Of a DNA stretch of 64,000 bases, positions 1 to 11,900 are shown piece by piece. Origin of the DNA: Lingula anatina (taxonomy: Eukaryota; Animalia; Brachiopoda). Location of the stretch: the NCBI GenBank assembly GCA_051362555.1, contig CM120647.1:15476651-15540650 (forward strand), given 5' to 3'. The notes beneath the pieces were generated by a model. The model did not search any database. It worked only from the letters and a program-made list of their open reading frames with translations, and was not told the DNA's origin. Both the position numbers and the translations under genes were made by a program. The stretch's first letter is position 1. Every line of letters begins with the position of its first letter.

Positions 1-161
1 TTGTCATATAATCTAATGCAAGCTATATAATGTGCGTTCAAATAAGTAAATAGAAAAAAAATAAATATCGTATTGTAAATGTTCAGTTAAATACAATGGT
101 TCATTATTTAAAAGTTTATAATAACAGTTAAGAACAGTTTACACATATTTTTTGTTTGCAG

Positions 162-183
162 AAGACCCTTCTTTCGAGGGTAA
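162..183 (+). CDS. Terminal coding exon (exon 3) of cysteine-rich peptide gene copy 0; exons 1-2 lie left of the window
   Basis: tttgcAG acceptor at 160-161, then a-aga-ccc-ttc-ttt-cga-ggg-taa = (R)RPFFRG*, identical to exon 3 of copy E (37414-37435); AATAAA at 298-303; positions 1-450 are nearly identical to 37253-37700. Confidence 0.7.
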
Positions 184-1052
184 GCATGGCCAGTTGGACA
201 TAAAGAAGAAAACAGGAAACTAGTCACTCAGCTAAATGTAAAGCTGCTGTATTTGGACATTTTTTTGTGAATTTTGAGTTCAACAATAAGTGGCCATAAT
301 AAAGATTGTAGTAAATACGTTGTATTTACTGCATTATCAAAACTCTAATTTTACTGCTTTTGTCGTTGTTGAAAATAGTTTAAATGCTTGATACGTATAT
401 TAAATCAATGGGCAATGCACCACTGAAAATTAGAGGCTATATCATTTATTTCATAAGCATGAATGAAAAAGTAAACTTATCAAGATCTCTTTATTAGAAC
501 GGAATGCTTTAACCTCTGTTATAGTTATTTGTGTTACTTAAAAATATTGCTGCACCGGAAAAATCTTGATACACAGAAAACTAGCCAAAGCATTTCGAGT
601 ACCAAAATGTTTCCAGCACTATATATATATTAAGATTCTTTTGCATTATTCGTCATATTCCTCGTATAAAAATACTGACTACAGTAACATTTGTTGCATT
701 TTAACTATTTCTTGAATGTGATGTCCAAATACAAATTTAACATTATTACCCAAGTGCCTCGTGATTAAAGTCTAAACAGAAAAAGCGAAAGTATGTCAAA
801 ATCATTTCATGTTTTTTGTCGAAATTCAGCACAATTTATTAAGAAACAAATCTACTTTGTTGCAATAACACATCAGTTAATGAAAAGTTGCAAAGTTTTT
901 GGCTGTAGCCAACAGGGCATTCGCCATATTGGTCAATCAAGGTCATCACGCACGCGCCACCGATGACACACTTTTTACGGCATTCATTGGTCAGCTGTGT
1001 AATGCACTATTTTCCACCGCAACCACTTCTACAGCTGCGGCAAAAATTAAAA

Positions 1053-1054
<2 letters not shown>

Positions 1055-1139
<85 letters not shown>
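1055..1139. repeat. (AT)n microsatellite
   Basis: Perfect TA dinucleotide run; source of the spurious YIYIY ORFs. Confidence 0.95.
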
Positions 1140-1142
<3 letters not shown>

Positions 1143-4117
1143 GATGAACAGTTTTTATACAAGTGCTATTAGATATCACCTTGAATTCTGACAAAAATAG
1201 AATGATACTTTTAAAAATAAACGAAACGCAGAGAATACATAGTATTCTGATTTTTTTATATATATACACGCACATTTATTTTTTATCTGTGTTCTAGTTT
1301 CTGCATTTTATTTGATTAAGTGACTAACATAGCTACAGACTGAGTTATCATTGTCGTAAAAAAACCAGGTGCCTCCATTTTTACATTGTATGTAACAGCT
1401 TACTTTAACCATGGGTATATCTTCTTAAACTTCGCATCTTCTTCAACATGAAAGATAAAATATGAAATTAAAAGATAAATAAATACATAAATAAATAACA
1501 ACATTTTGTGCCAAGAAATAATACTATGAGATATTTTAATGCAAATGAGACTTGAAGAAATATACTAGTATACATGTACGTGCTGTAGAGCACTGACAAA
1601 GATTTTGTGGACTAGTCTTCTGTTTTCCTTTCCTTCTGTTTTCCTCGGTACATTTATATGTTATTTACAGTTGGTGCATGTTTGCATGCACTTTTCAAGT
1701 GACGTTTTTGCTTCAGTTCTACCACATCCCTCATAACCGCCTTTGTACCTCGTCCCGCCACTGTGGCCGTTAAGTTGTTGGTGGCTGTCTTCAGTTTTGC
1801 CATATATGGACTTAAGAAGACGTACCAGAAGTATTTGAAATACATCTGCTTTGAAAAGCTCGAAAATTTCGTATATTCGTGACTACAACAACAGTACTTA
1901 AGTTATAAGCTAATGTATGTAGTTTGCTTTAATTCAAGGAATACTGAAAGAAATACACGTAGCCAATTTTCAACGAGGTGTTTTTTTAATAGCAGCATTC
2001 AGTCTAAGCAGAAAGCCAGGACAGGTGCTGGTAGTTATAGTTGATATAAATAACAATATAATAATATCAGTATGATGATATATGCCTTCACAGGTAATGC
2101 GTAGGGAATAATTGTATGCACATAAGCTTTTTCCGATGGGGCAGCTAGTGAATCTGCATAGAAAAAAGCATGAGTTTCCCCGTTGTTGTATATGTCATGC
2201 TGGTAATACCTCGATATCTTAGCCTAGTATATGTAATACATAGGTAATTACTAGGATCAGTTAAAAGAGGACAAAAATACGTAAGCCCAACATGCAGCAA
2301 TACACATACCTTTAATATTAATACAATAAGTTCTGCCAGAGGCATGTTCACAATCGAAATACTACTACATGTAGCAGCGTGCAACCCTTTCTTTAACCTA
2401 AGGCTCTGTTCACAACTAAGTTGTATTATCTGAGCTGGAGTTTATTATTATAGTTGTCTTCAGCTTTTGTTTTACTCATAACTTACAATTTTGGAATTTA
2501 ATTTTTTTCACTATATTTTAATTCTTATCTTATTGAAAACTGTTACCAAGCAAAAACTATCAGTCTTCAACAAGGAAACATACAGAATAACGTCGACTTG
2601 AGATATGGTCCTAGCAAGATATTTTCTGTTTCAAACATTTCCTCAATCATTATTACGTAACTCAACGCAATAAAACAATTACCATTTGTTAAAGCGTCTT
2701 CTAATGACAAGTATTACCTGCTTGTTCAAAGTCCTTCCTGTTTAATGCAAGCTACTAGCACATATATATATGCACTTCTTTTTTTTTCTACAAGTATACA
2801 AGCTTCCTTTATTCTGTAATATACACGGGACAATTTTGAAAATAAAAAAGTCAACATTTTTGTTGTTGTAGTAAAACTGAAACTGACACATAATAATAAT
2901 TTTATGATTTATTATAAAACATCTGCTGTTAATTGACGAGGAGGATGTTATTTTCCAGCAAATGAATCTACCACGTACATGATAAACAAATATAAAGAGA
3001 GTTAGATTCCCCTTTAACCCCATAGCGCCTGAGGGCATCTGACCTAGAAAGTGCCCTTGGTCCTGAGCCATCTACCTGGATGCACTCAATTTTACAGGCT
3101 TCCTCATTTAATCAATAATATTGTATTCATTTGTCCAGAAAACACCTAAGAACTGTACATTGTTAGAAAGCCAAATAAATAAGCTTTAATGTCATATCAA
3201 TTTTGTTCACATTAGATAATTAAGGTAGAAAAAGCAGAAGTTTAAAGATGAGACTTATTTTTCTTGAAGAGAAGTAAAAAACAAAATTTCAATTTCAGCA
3301 TGCACACTTTTTTTTCATTTTACCAGATAATTTGTTAAAATTTTCACATAAGCATCCTAAATATGTTTCCAACAATGTCAGAAAATTTCAGAAAAATATC
3401 TTGTTTAGTTTTTGAGTTATAATAAATTTTCTGGGATGCATGCTGTTCCTAAAATCTTGCATCATTGCACAGGGTAAAGAAGGGTTGCTGGTTTGAAGAC
3501 TTCCACCTTTTTACTTTCTTTCCAAGCCACAAAATTAATTATTTGCCTTGTTAATCCAAAGCAGAGCCAGATATAGAGATTTTACAATCACAAGACAATT
3601 ATATAATAATATGTCTTTTTCAAAATTAAAATAAAATAATATTGGTAAATCTATTTTTCAAGTGTGTGTGTGTGGGGGGGTGTTTCCATGCACAACACAA
3701 TATGCACTCATAATATTTTCTTTATACGAGTGACAACACACCAAAAATATCTTCTTTTTTAAAAGTAAAACAAGAACTGCAAATATAAAACTAAGAAACT
3801 TTATTGGTCTAAACCTACTGAAAAGCTAAGAATGTATGCACCACTGACTGAACAAAAAATAATTCAAAATCCAATGTTTTGCTATGAGCAAAAAGTTACA
3901 TAAATTATACAGTAAAAACTGAATCACATTTTGGCTTCTTTGCACAAAACATGACATTATAAAAAAATTGCCCTTTTCAATTTAATCAATCATCAAGAAC
4001 CAACAATTTAATAAAAATAATTTTTATAGTAATAAGACGTATTGCAAAAATCATTTACAAGAATATAAATATTGTCCTGAGCAAATATTACTTTCATGAA
4101 TAAAAACTGCACCATAA

Positions 4118-4339
4118 AACATATGGCATTTGTACACAATGAGGAAAAGACATGTTGATACAACACACTAGTCAACATATGGCATTTATACACAAGCAGG
4201 AAAAGACATGTTGATGCAACACACTAGTCAACATATGGCATCTGTTCACAAGCAGGAAAAGACCTGTTGATGCAGCACACTAATAAACATATTTCATTTA
4301 TGCTTGTACACAAGCAGGAAAAGACATGTTGATCCAGCA
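4118..4339. repeat. 56-bp minisatellite, about 4 copies, inside the piggyBac 3' region
   Basis: Unit AACATATGGCATTTxTACACAAGCAGGAAAAGACATGTTGATxCAACACACTAGTC starts at 4118, 4174 and 4230, plus a degenerate fourth copy. Confidence 0.85.
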
Positions 4340-4772
4340 ATTGCTAATAATATCAATGTATGTATCATAAGGAAAAAAATATTTTTCATGAAAACAATAT
4401 CATAAGCACTATGTCCTGTACAGTTATTGTGACATAAAATAAATAAATAACAAAATGCAATTTATCACAACCCTAAAGCTACACACTCAACACAAATGTA
4501 ATATTCATAATATGACTTTCAAAACTTCCTTGAACAAACACGACTGATTATTATGTATATTGAAAGTAACCCAATAAAAATCATAAATAAACATTCAAGA
4601 TGTGAAATTCAAATTCCTGAGCAAATATACCATAAAGCACATGAAAAATTCAACATGTGCACTGGCAGAAATAAATGCTGTATATATATATCACATATAG
4701 GTATGCAGTACAATATTTATCAAATGTGACCAATTGCACAAAAGCATCATTCTAACTAAAACTTTTTTATTT

Positions 4773-6988
4773 TTATTTTTTTGCTTTTTTTCTCTGTTTT
4801 GGTGTATCTGCCCTATCTGGGTCATTGAAAATAAAGTCACGCATATAATGAAACCTATGGAAACATGGGACAGGACACATTCTGACTTTACATACACTAC
4901 AAGTGTAAGCAGTGTCAACACGCTGTAAGTGTACAACACAGGCAGATCTTTTTCTGTCAGCAGAAATTGCTGGTGCATGTTCTAAATTCCGATTGAGACG
5001 AACACAGTCTGGTAAAGTTACGAGAGGCTTTCTTGTTTCTGAGGCTGCATTTCCTATCAATTCCTGACATAACAGAAGTGTGAAGTCTTTCATTTTGATT
5101 TTTTTTCCAGTTGACTTTTTATATAAAATATAAGAATTAACCCGTGCAATGTCAAGCAAAAACCAAAACAACTTGAGATACCACACCACCCCTCGCATCA
5201 ATCGCTTGTGTGCATTGATATACTGGTCAGACAAATCTACCCCTCCCATATAGGTATTATATGTGGCCACAGTAATGGGACGGGGGACATTGACCTTTGT
5301 CCATTTGCCATTCTGTTTGGAAGAACGCTGCACGGTGTCAGAGTCCTCACTGACAGGGAGAGTAGTGAGGAGAGTAACCACCTTCTTGTCTTTCCAAGTC
5401 ACAGCAGTGAGGGGACCTTTGAACATGTGAATCGAGCTGCCTCTTTGAAGTTTCTTTACTACAGTGGCTTTCCCATTCATTGTGTAAGGCAGTCCTTTTC
5501 TGTTTGGGCGCACCGTCCCACAAGCTAAAGTACTCCTTCTCAAAAGCTGACAGAAGGCTGGAATGCTAGTATAATAGTTGTCCATATAGATATTATGTCC
5601 CTTATCTAAAAAAGGCTCAGTCACTTTCATAATAACGTCATGGGTTACTCCATTTTCAGAACTGTCATTGGCCTTGCCTGTATAAACTTTCATATTTAAA
5701 ATGTACCCTGAAATAGATTCACTTAGCATAAAAACCTTCAAACCCCAGCGTATAGGTTTATCCTTCATAAACTGCTTGAAACCAAAGCGCGATTTACAAG
5801 CAATCATTGACTCATCCAAAGCAATTTCTTTTTCTGGCTGGTAGACTGAGCGGAGTTTACTGATAACAGCATCCAGGACAGAGCGCACTTTGTAGAGTTT
5901 GTCATATGCAGGGTTATTTTTGTCTGTTACTGCTGTCTGGTTATTTGTAAAATGAAGATACCGCAGTATAGCCAGAAACCTGTCTCGAGACATTGCCTTT
6001 CTGATACCCGGAGAAGAAAGCAACCAGTTATTAGTCCAATAGTCCCTTATATTGCTCTTTATTACAAGACCCATGGAGAAAATGATGCCTAGCCAGGTTT
6101 TCAGTTCTTCTAGCCCAATATTTGTCCATGCACACTTATGCTGCTCTGGGGCGTTGGCTCTCTCTTGCTGTGCATACAAGTTAGTTTGTTGACAGATCAA
6201 CAACAGAAGGGCTTGGGTAAAAAACAGGCTAAAGAATGTACCTAGAATGAAAAAGTAAAAACAGACAAAGCTGTAAAATTATACAACATAAGTATGCTGT
6301 ATATTACTTACATCCCAAAGTATAAAAGATTTCAGATTTCTCAAACTAACATGGACATCGATGAAAAGTAAAATTTTGCACTTTATTATTTTACAAATAC
6401 ACAATAAGACAGCACTGGTATAATATTTATAAAAACAAAAAGTTTGCAAATCTTACTGAGTAAAATTTATACAGTGTATATGTCACTTATTTCACAATAA
6501 AACACAAACTAGTGCGATAAATATGCTCAAGTGACCAAGTGATACCCCGCTCAAATATAGTGTTGAAGATCAACAGTACATGTACATGTAGTTACAAATA
6601 CAGACTACTGAAATAATTTACCTGGTGTCGCAGAATTCATATTTTCTTGTCCTCCAAGATCTTCAATGGCTTCTTCCGATAAGCCTGGCTTGCCACGGAA
6701 ACGGAGGTTGCAGTCATTTCTATCACCAATATCCCCACTCCAATCACTCTCATCGTCTGCTTGGTTGCTGTCATTGGTATCATCAGCGTTTTCTAACTCA
6801 GGCTCCGCGTCCGAATCTGCTCTCCGACGACTCATACGAGCAAGAGGTACATCGTCTTCACTGTCGTCCGAGTCACTGCTACTAGACGTATCAAAATCTA
6901 TCAAGGATTCTTCCCCAAAGTCAGAATTTTCTAACATTTCTAGCACATTTCTCACCTCAAGACTTCTATGTTTACTACTCGCCGCCAT
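4773..6988 (-). CDS. piggyBac transposase, two exons (6988-6622 and 6241-4773), 611 aa, uninterrupted
   Basis: Exon 1 is an acidic, Ser/Asp-rich N-terminus ending at donor CCAG|GTAAAT (6621); acceptor TTTTTCATTCTAG| at 6242. The join reads TPGTFFSLFFTQALLLLICQQTNLYAQQ, the typical piggyBac FxLFF..QTNxYA motif. Catalytic DDD motifs LDESM, MDNYYTS and GGVDLSDQ; C-terminal Cys/His-rich domain and basic NLS-like PKQRKKAKK. Confidence 0.92.
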
Positions 6989-7578
6989 CTTGACTTGCTA
7001 TCGCCTCGACAAGGGTGCATATGAATCGCTTTTTCATTTTCTAATTCTTGTCACACGTCTTTCAAAAGCCGGTAGAAAACAAAGAACTAACATCCGGTTA
7101 ATCTTGTGACGGAAGTATGAATTGTTACACACGATAGGGGACAGTACGAGTATGTAAACACAGCAACCGCGTATATGCGGTTCCCGGCACTGAGGACTTT
7201 TTGAAATGAACCGCATATGTGCGGTTTCCGGCGCTATGGGGTTAAAAATTTAGATTTAAATAATGAAAAAAAAAAATGCAAATTAAATGAGGTTGTGGTT
7301 ATCACTTGTATGTAATACAATTGTTTTTTTTTTACCACGAGGGTAATGGTTGCTTAACTGTTAAGTTTGGGAACTAAAGGAAGGAGAAAAAAATGAGAGA
7401 GCACTTCTGCTTTTAGACGTCGCTTTGACAAATGATAATGATTTTCTTGCGTAACACCGTGTAAAAATGATTAAGGGAAGTTTGAAACAGAAATTACCTT
7501 GCTGGGACCATATTTCATGACAATGTTATTCTGTGTTTCTTTGTTGAAGACAAATGGGGATTTGCTCGCACAGAAACG

Positions 7579-7586
7579 TATAAATA
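7579..7586 (+). promoter_or_regulatory. TATA box of peptide gene A; homologous TATAAATA at 12784 (B), 21281 minus (C), 35940 (E), 45984 (F), 55475 (H); degraded in D (27227) and G
   Basis: GTATAAATAGCGGCTTGGG is conserved about 79 nt upstream of the ATG in most copies (99 nt in E). Confidence 0.8.
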
Positions 7587-7657
7587 GCGGCTTGGGTTAC
7601 AAATCTCATCGTAGAGAACTGATCCAGTCACCTGCTACGACAACTTCCTTTGCAACA

Positions 7658-8573
7658 ATGAAGTCTTGCGCTCTTCTTGTGCTCTTGGTGCTTTTTGCCA
7701 CTGTTGTCATAGAAGGTGAGAGGCACACAGTATTAATAATGACTTGAAATGTAAACTCTGAAGCAAAGAAAATAGATATGTCAGAACTGAGACCGAAAAC
7801 TAGTCAGACGGTATCTCCGCTAGGGCGAGATTTAATTAGAAATATTACCTCAGTATGACGTAACTTTACCAAAAGAGGTCGTGATCAACATCACACCCAA
7901 TAAGATAAACTAAAAATGTAAAATAGTTTATACATAAATAACAGAATCCAACTTAAGTAAGCGACAGTGTTAAGTAGTTCAGACTTTACAGATAGGCAGC
8001 TGCGAGTTCTTACTAACAGTGGTAATTTGCTTCCTTTTGAAACTCAGTGAAACTAAAGGACCATTCCCAGACCCTATAGTACTAACTGTAGGTTGATCTA
8101 TCTCCTAGGGTATTCTTAAGCGGCTTAGTTGTCTTTCACGCCTAATAAAGCTTCTAGGGAGTAATTAATTATCGTTTATCAGCTTCAGTTAACGTGTCAG
8201 ACCTCCAAGCTGAAAGCAATTTAGCGAGAAATTCCTTGGAGATGGATCGATCCTTTTAGTTCGATCTAGGTATGGGAACCCAGTGTAATAATTCAAGTTA
8301 GAGTTATCTAATTTGTATGCACAACCATTTTAGTTTCTTGCTTTTCTTCATTAACATTTGAATTGCGAAATTACGCATAAAATAAATGCATATGGACTTT
8401 CAGTAACACGTTTATATTTTGCATTTTTTATTTTGATATTAGACACAGCCGGACAAAGTGTAGCGCGTGCTACGTGCTACTGCTGTGGTCATAGGTGTCA
8501 TACCGACCATGGGCGATGCTACTGCATCGGAAGGCGCCCAAATTGCCGCTGTGCTGCAATCGATTACCCTTGA
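7658..8573 (+). CDS. Secreted cysteine-rich peptide, copy A (62 aa): MKSCALLVLLVLFATVVIEDTAG-QSVARATCYCCGHRCHTDHGRCYCIGRRPNCRCAAIDYP
   Basis: Exon 1 7658-7715 (GAAG|GTGAG, phase 1) and exon 2 8443-8573 (TTAG|AC); hydrophobic signal peptide; 8 Cys; homologous 3' exon from 9099 with AATAAA 9233-9238. Confidence 0.88.
8060..8285. mobile_element. Possible degenerate MITE in intron 1 of copy A
   Basis: About 230 bp absent from the homologous introns of B and H, with imperfect inverted ends (attcccagacc..actaa / ttagttc..ggtatgggaac); no clear TSD. Confidence 0.35.
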
Positions 8574-8879
8574 TAAATGGTGCTGTGATCCCATTGTTCA
8601 TGCCAGTATTTTCATTAATATAAATTCAGACTAGCTACTTGCTTAACATAAAAATGTTGTTAACTGTGCTTATCTGAGACTGATAAAACCGATTAGTAAA
8701 TTCCACAAGTCAATTTGGTGATATTGTTGTTAGAGATTATGAGAAAGAATTAATGGCCCATTAAAACAAAGTGTACTGACTCCACAGAAAAGTTTTCTTG
8801 ATAACAGATTAAGTTTGCCCAAATGCATCAGTTTCAAGACTGAAAAAAAAAAAAAAAAAAAAAAAAAAAAACAGATAAA

Positions 8880-8904
8880 TGTTTTTTTAGTTTTTTTTTC
8901 TAGA

Positions 8905-8939
<35 letters not shown>

Positions 8940-11900
8940 GGAGAGAGATTATATTATATAATGCAACCATATTATGTTCATTCAAGTCAGTTCATAGAAC
9001 AAATGCATATTGAGTTGTATATGGTCAGTTAAATGCAACGGCGTATTATTTTACAGTTTAAAATTACATTTTTTTAACATTTTTTTTTTTGTTTTCAGAA
9101 TAGCCACCCGTCGAGAGGAACCATGACCAGTTGAACATACGGAAGAAAACAGGAAACTAGTCAATCAGCTAAATGCAAAGCTGCTGTATTTGGACTTTTT
9201 TGTGAATATTAAGTTCAACAATAAGTGGTCACAATAAAGGTTGTAGTAAATGCACTGTATTTACTGCATCGTCAAAGCTCAGAATTTATTTTCTTTGTCG
9301 TTGTTAGAAATCGTTTGAATGCTTAGTACGTTTATTACACCGATGGGCAATGCACTAAAATTTAGAGTCTCTAAAATTAATTTCATAAACATGAATGAAA
9401 AAGTATACTTATCAAGTTCGCTTAATTGAAATCAAAAGCACTAACTTAAGTTATAGTAATGATTGGGTAATTTTGCGCACAGGTTAGTCATATAAATAAA
9501 TAAATAAATAAATAAATAAAAAAAAATACTGTTATTACATATTATACCAAGAAATAATGCAAGGTGATAATTCTTTGAAAATGACATTACAAGAAACGAA
9601 AAAAGTTTCTAGTGCAAATTATATGTAAGTGCTGTCGAACACTGACAAAAAGTTTGCAGATGTTTTCTTCTGGCTTTTTTCACATTCTCTCATTAATATA
9701 AAATCATATAAGCCAAAAGCAATACAAATATTATGCCTTTTGTTTTCCTTGGTACACGTACATGTAACTAAGTTGGTGTATGTTTTCATGAACTTCCTAA
9801 GTGACGTTTTTGCTCCAATTCCTCCACCGCACTGCTCTTCTGATACACGTTTTCCACGAGGTCTACAAGACCATGTCGCCACCTCTAGGCCGTACATCCC
9901 TTTGAACCGCCTTTGTACCTCGCCCCCTTCACTTTATCCATTAAATTTTTGGTGTCGGTCTTCAATTTTGCAATATAAGGACAGGAATTCGTACTGGGTG
10001 TATTTAAGATACATCTGTGATGAAAAGCCCGAAACCTCCGTTGATTCATGAATTTAAGAACAGTTTTTAAATCATAAACATATGTATGTGGTTTGCTCTA
10101 ATTCAAGGAACAACGAAAGATATACACGTAGCCCCTTTTCAACGAGGCGTTCAATCTGAGCAGAAAACCAGCACATGTGCTGTTTGTTATAGTATATGTA
10201 AATAGCAATATACAGACTTGACATTTAATATGGAATATTTCAAAGATAAACCTGGGTAAAAATGCATTATATTTTTCCGAAAACACCCGATCTCTTATAA
10301 GATATGCATTGTTCTGTCAAAAAATTATCCGTATGTCGGCAACTACTGCATAGAAGAATTTGAATTTCAGCTACAAGAGATCGGATTTGCAGTGCGTAAA
10401 ATGAGCTAAGCAGTGCTTTACAAAATTGTTGATCTGTAGCAGAATTTTGCGCAAAGGCAAACATTGGCAGACAGATTGTTGCTCCAAAAGGAACAGTCTG
10501 CACAGTTTAACAGAGTAATGTCCAGACTGGTGTACCTACACAGAGGCTATGGCCAATTTATCAAAATCTAACCACACGGATACAGGAACCACTGTCTTTC
10601 GGGATATGCTGCTGCAACTAACCAAATACCACCCAGTCCGTTCATGAGGGGTAAATTGCCACCAAAACGCGTTTTTCAAGGACGTTAGCGGACACTAAAC
10701 TGCTTTTAACAGGTTACTGGTTTTAACAAGTTAGAATACCAGGCGACCTCCGAGGAACCCACTGTAAACAGTAAAACACTGTCATCTGTTTCTCTAATGA
10801 ATTGGAGACCATGACCGTTTCTGGGTAGAGCACTGAAACCACGTACGAGGCTTACTTTACTGAGGTCAGATTTCACCTGTACTACTCAACTAGCCAAAAT
10901 AGAGTTTACGAACACCCAGAAGAAGCTTACGACGAAGCGTGTGCCGCGTCTAAAGTGACCAAAGTCGTTGACAACATCAGTATTTGGAGTTGATACCACA
11001 TTGGTGCCAAAACACCAATGGTAGTCATCGGCATGAACCTGAATTAGATCAAATAAAGGAATAATCTGGGAACCACTTGACTATCATTGTCTCCACTAAG
11101 CCATATTTCACACAACCCTCACATCTTTGTGCATGTAACAGTTATAGCGTGCCCATAAAGCAGCATCTAAAATGATCTTCCTTAGAGACGCTTCCATGTG
11201 TTTCAAAACGAGTGTCTTTACACCGCCCTGTATTTAATGCTACATAAACAAACCAATTAAATATAGACGATAATTATCCTTCTGCACGACGCTTGGAAAC
11301 TGAATTAAGACACGCAATGACCGTTAAACCTTATTTTTTATATTAGGAAACTAATTTTACTGGAAATTTCAGAACTTTTCCATAAATCCCAGACTTTTTA
11401 TCATGTTTTGTAAATAGAATCAGGCAATATAATATTTATTAGTTGAAAACGGGTTCATAAATTATGAAGTCACATTGGTGATCGTTTTAAGGCATATCTG
11501 CTGAAATTACCATTGAGATTAATCTTCAGTTTTATAATTGTTAAACATGCGCCACTTGTCTTTGACATTTAGAAACTTAATTGTTTACATACCACCTCAG
11601 ATGCGGAGCACAATAATGTAATGAGGACAGATGGTTAGCGCCTCTAGCGGGCGTTAATTAACTGTTTATAAACAAAATAAATTGACTAATTTCCATTGAA
11701 TTTGTAATTTTTTTTATCATGTACGTGGTAGATTATTTGCTAGAAAGTGACATCTTCCTCGCCAATCAACAGTAAATGTTGTACAACAATAACAAAGGGT
11801 TGACTTTATTTTCGAATTTGTTCCGTGTGCATTCAAAATAGAAGAAAGCATGTACACTTAAAAAGAAGTGATATATGTATATATGCGTGTGTGTGTGTGT

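Larger units (their letters stand above)
1..2850 (+). repeat. Segmental duplication block 1 (copies at about 37253-45710 minus two insertions, and about 47096-49315)
   Basis: Long collinear, near-identical stretches, e.g. 899-1050 vs 38970-39130 vs 47957-48115. Confidence 0.9.
3018..7241 (-). mobile_element. Full-length piggyBac DNA transposon (about 4.2 kb)
   Basis: TTAA at 3014-3017 and 7242-7245; 12-bp TIR CCCCATAGCGCC (3018-3029) / GGCGCTATGGGG (7230-7241); internal transposase; two palindromic subterminal repeats AACCGC..GCGGTT at 7165-7182 and 7209-7226. Confidence 0.95.

Noticed and set aside
899-1275. ORFs with YIYIYI, VCVCVC or ERERER runs (also near 14185, 22603, 55872, 59756, 61545)
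   Set aside because: Translations of dinucleotide microsatellites, not proteins.
4118-4339. 56-bp repeats (and the 30-bp repeats at 30036) as a CRISPR array
   Set aside because: Head-to-tail minisatellites with no variable spacers.
7499-7747. Long single-exon ORFs spanning the promoter and exon 1 (also 12683, 21113, 55362)
   Set aside because: They start at non-ATG or upstream codons, run through the TATA box and read into intron 1; only the 58-nt signal exon is conserved as coding.
8443-8573. Calling the peptides metallothioneins, hepcidins or a named defensin or conotoxin family
   Set aside because: Signal peptide, aromatic residues and only 8 Cys argue against metallothionein; the Cys spacing does not match the named families as I recall them, so no symbol is assigned without a search.
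9619-10051. Recurrent 90-180 aa ORFs in spacer DNA (also 44544-44860, 50540-50847, 57680-58262)
   Set aside because: Frames and stops are not conserved among the duplicated copies; the recurrence reflects segmental duplication of non-coding DNA.
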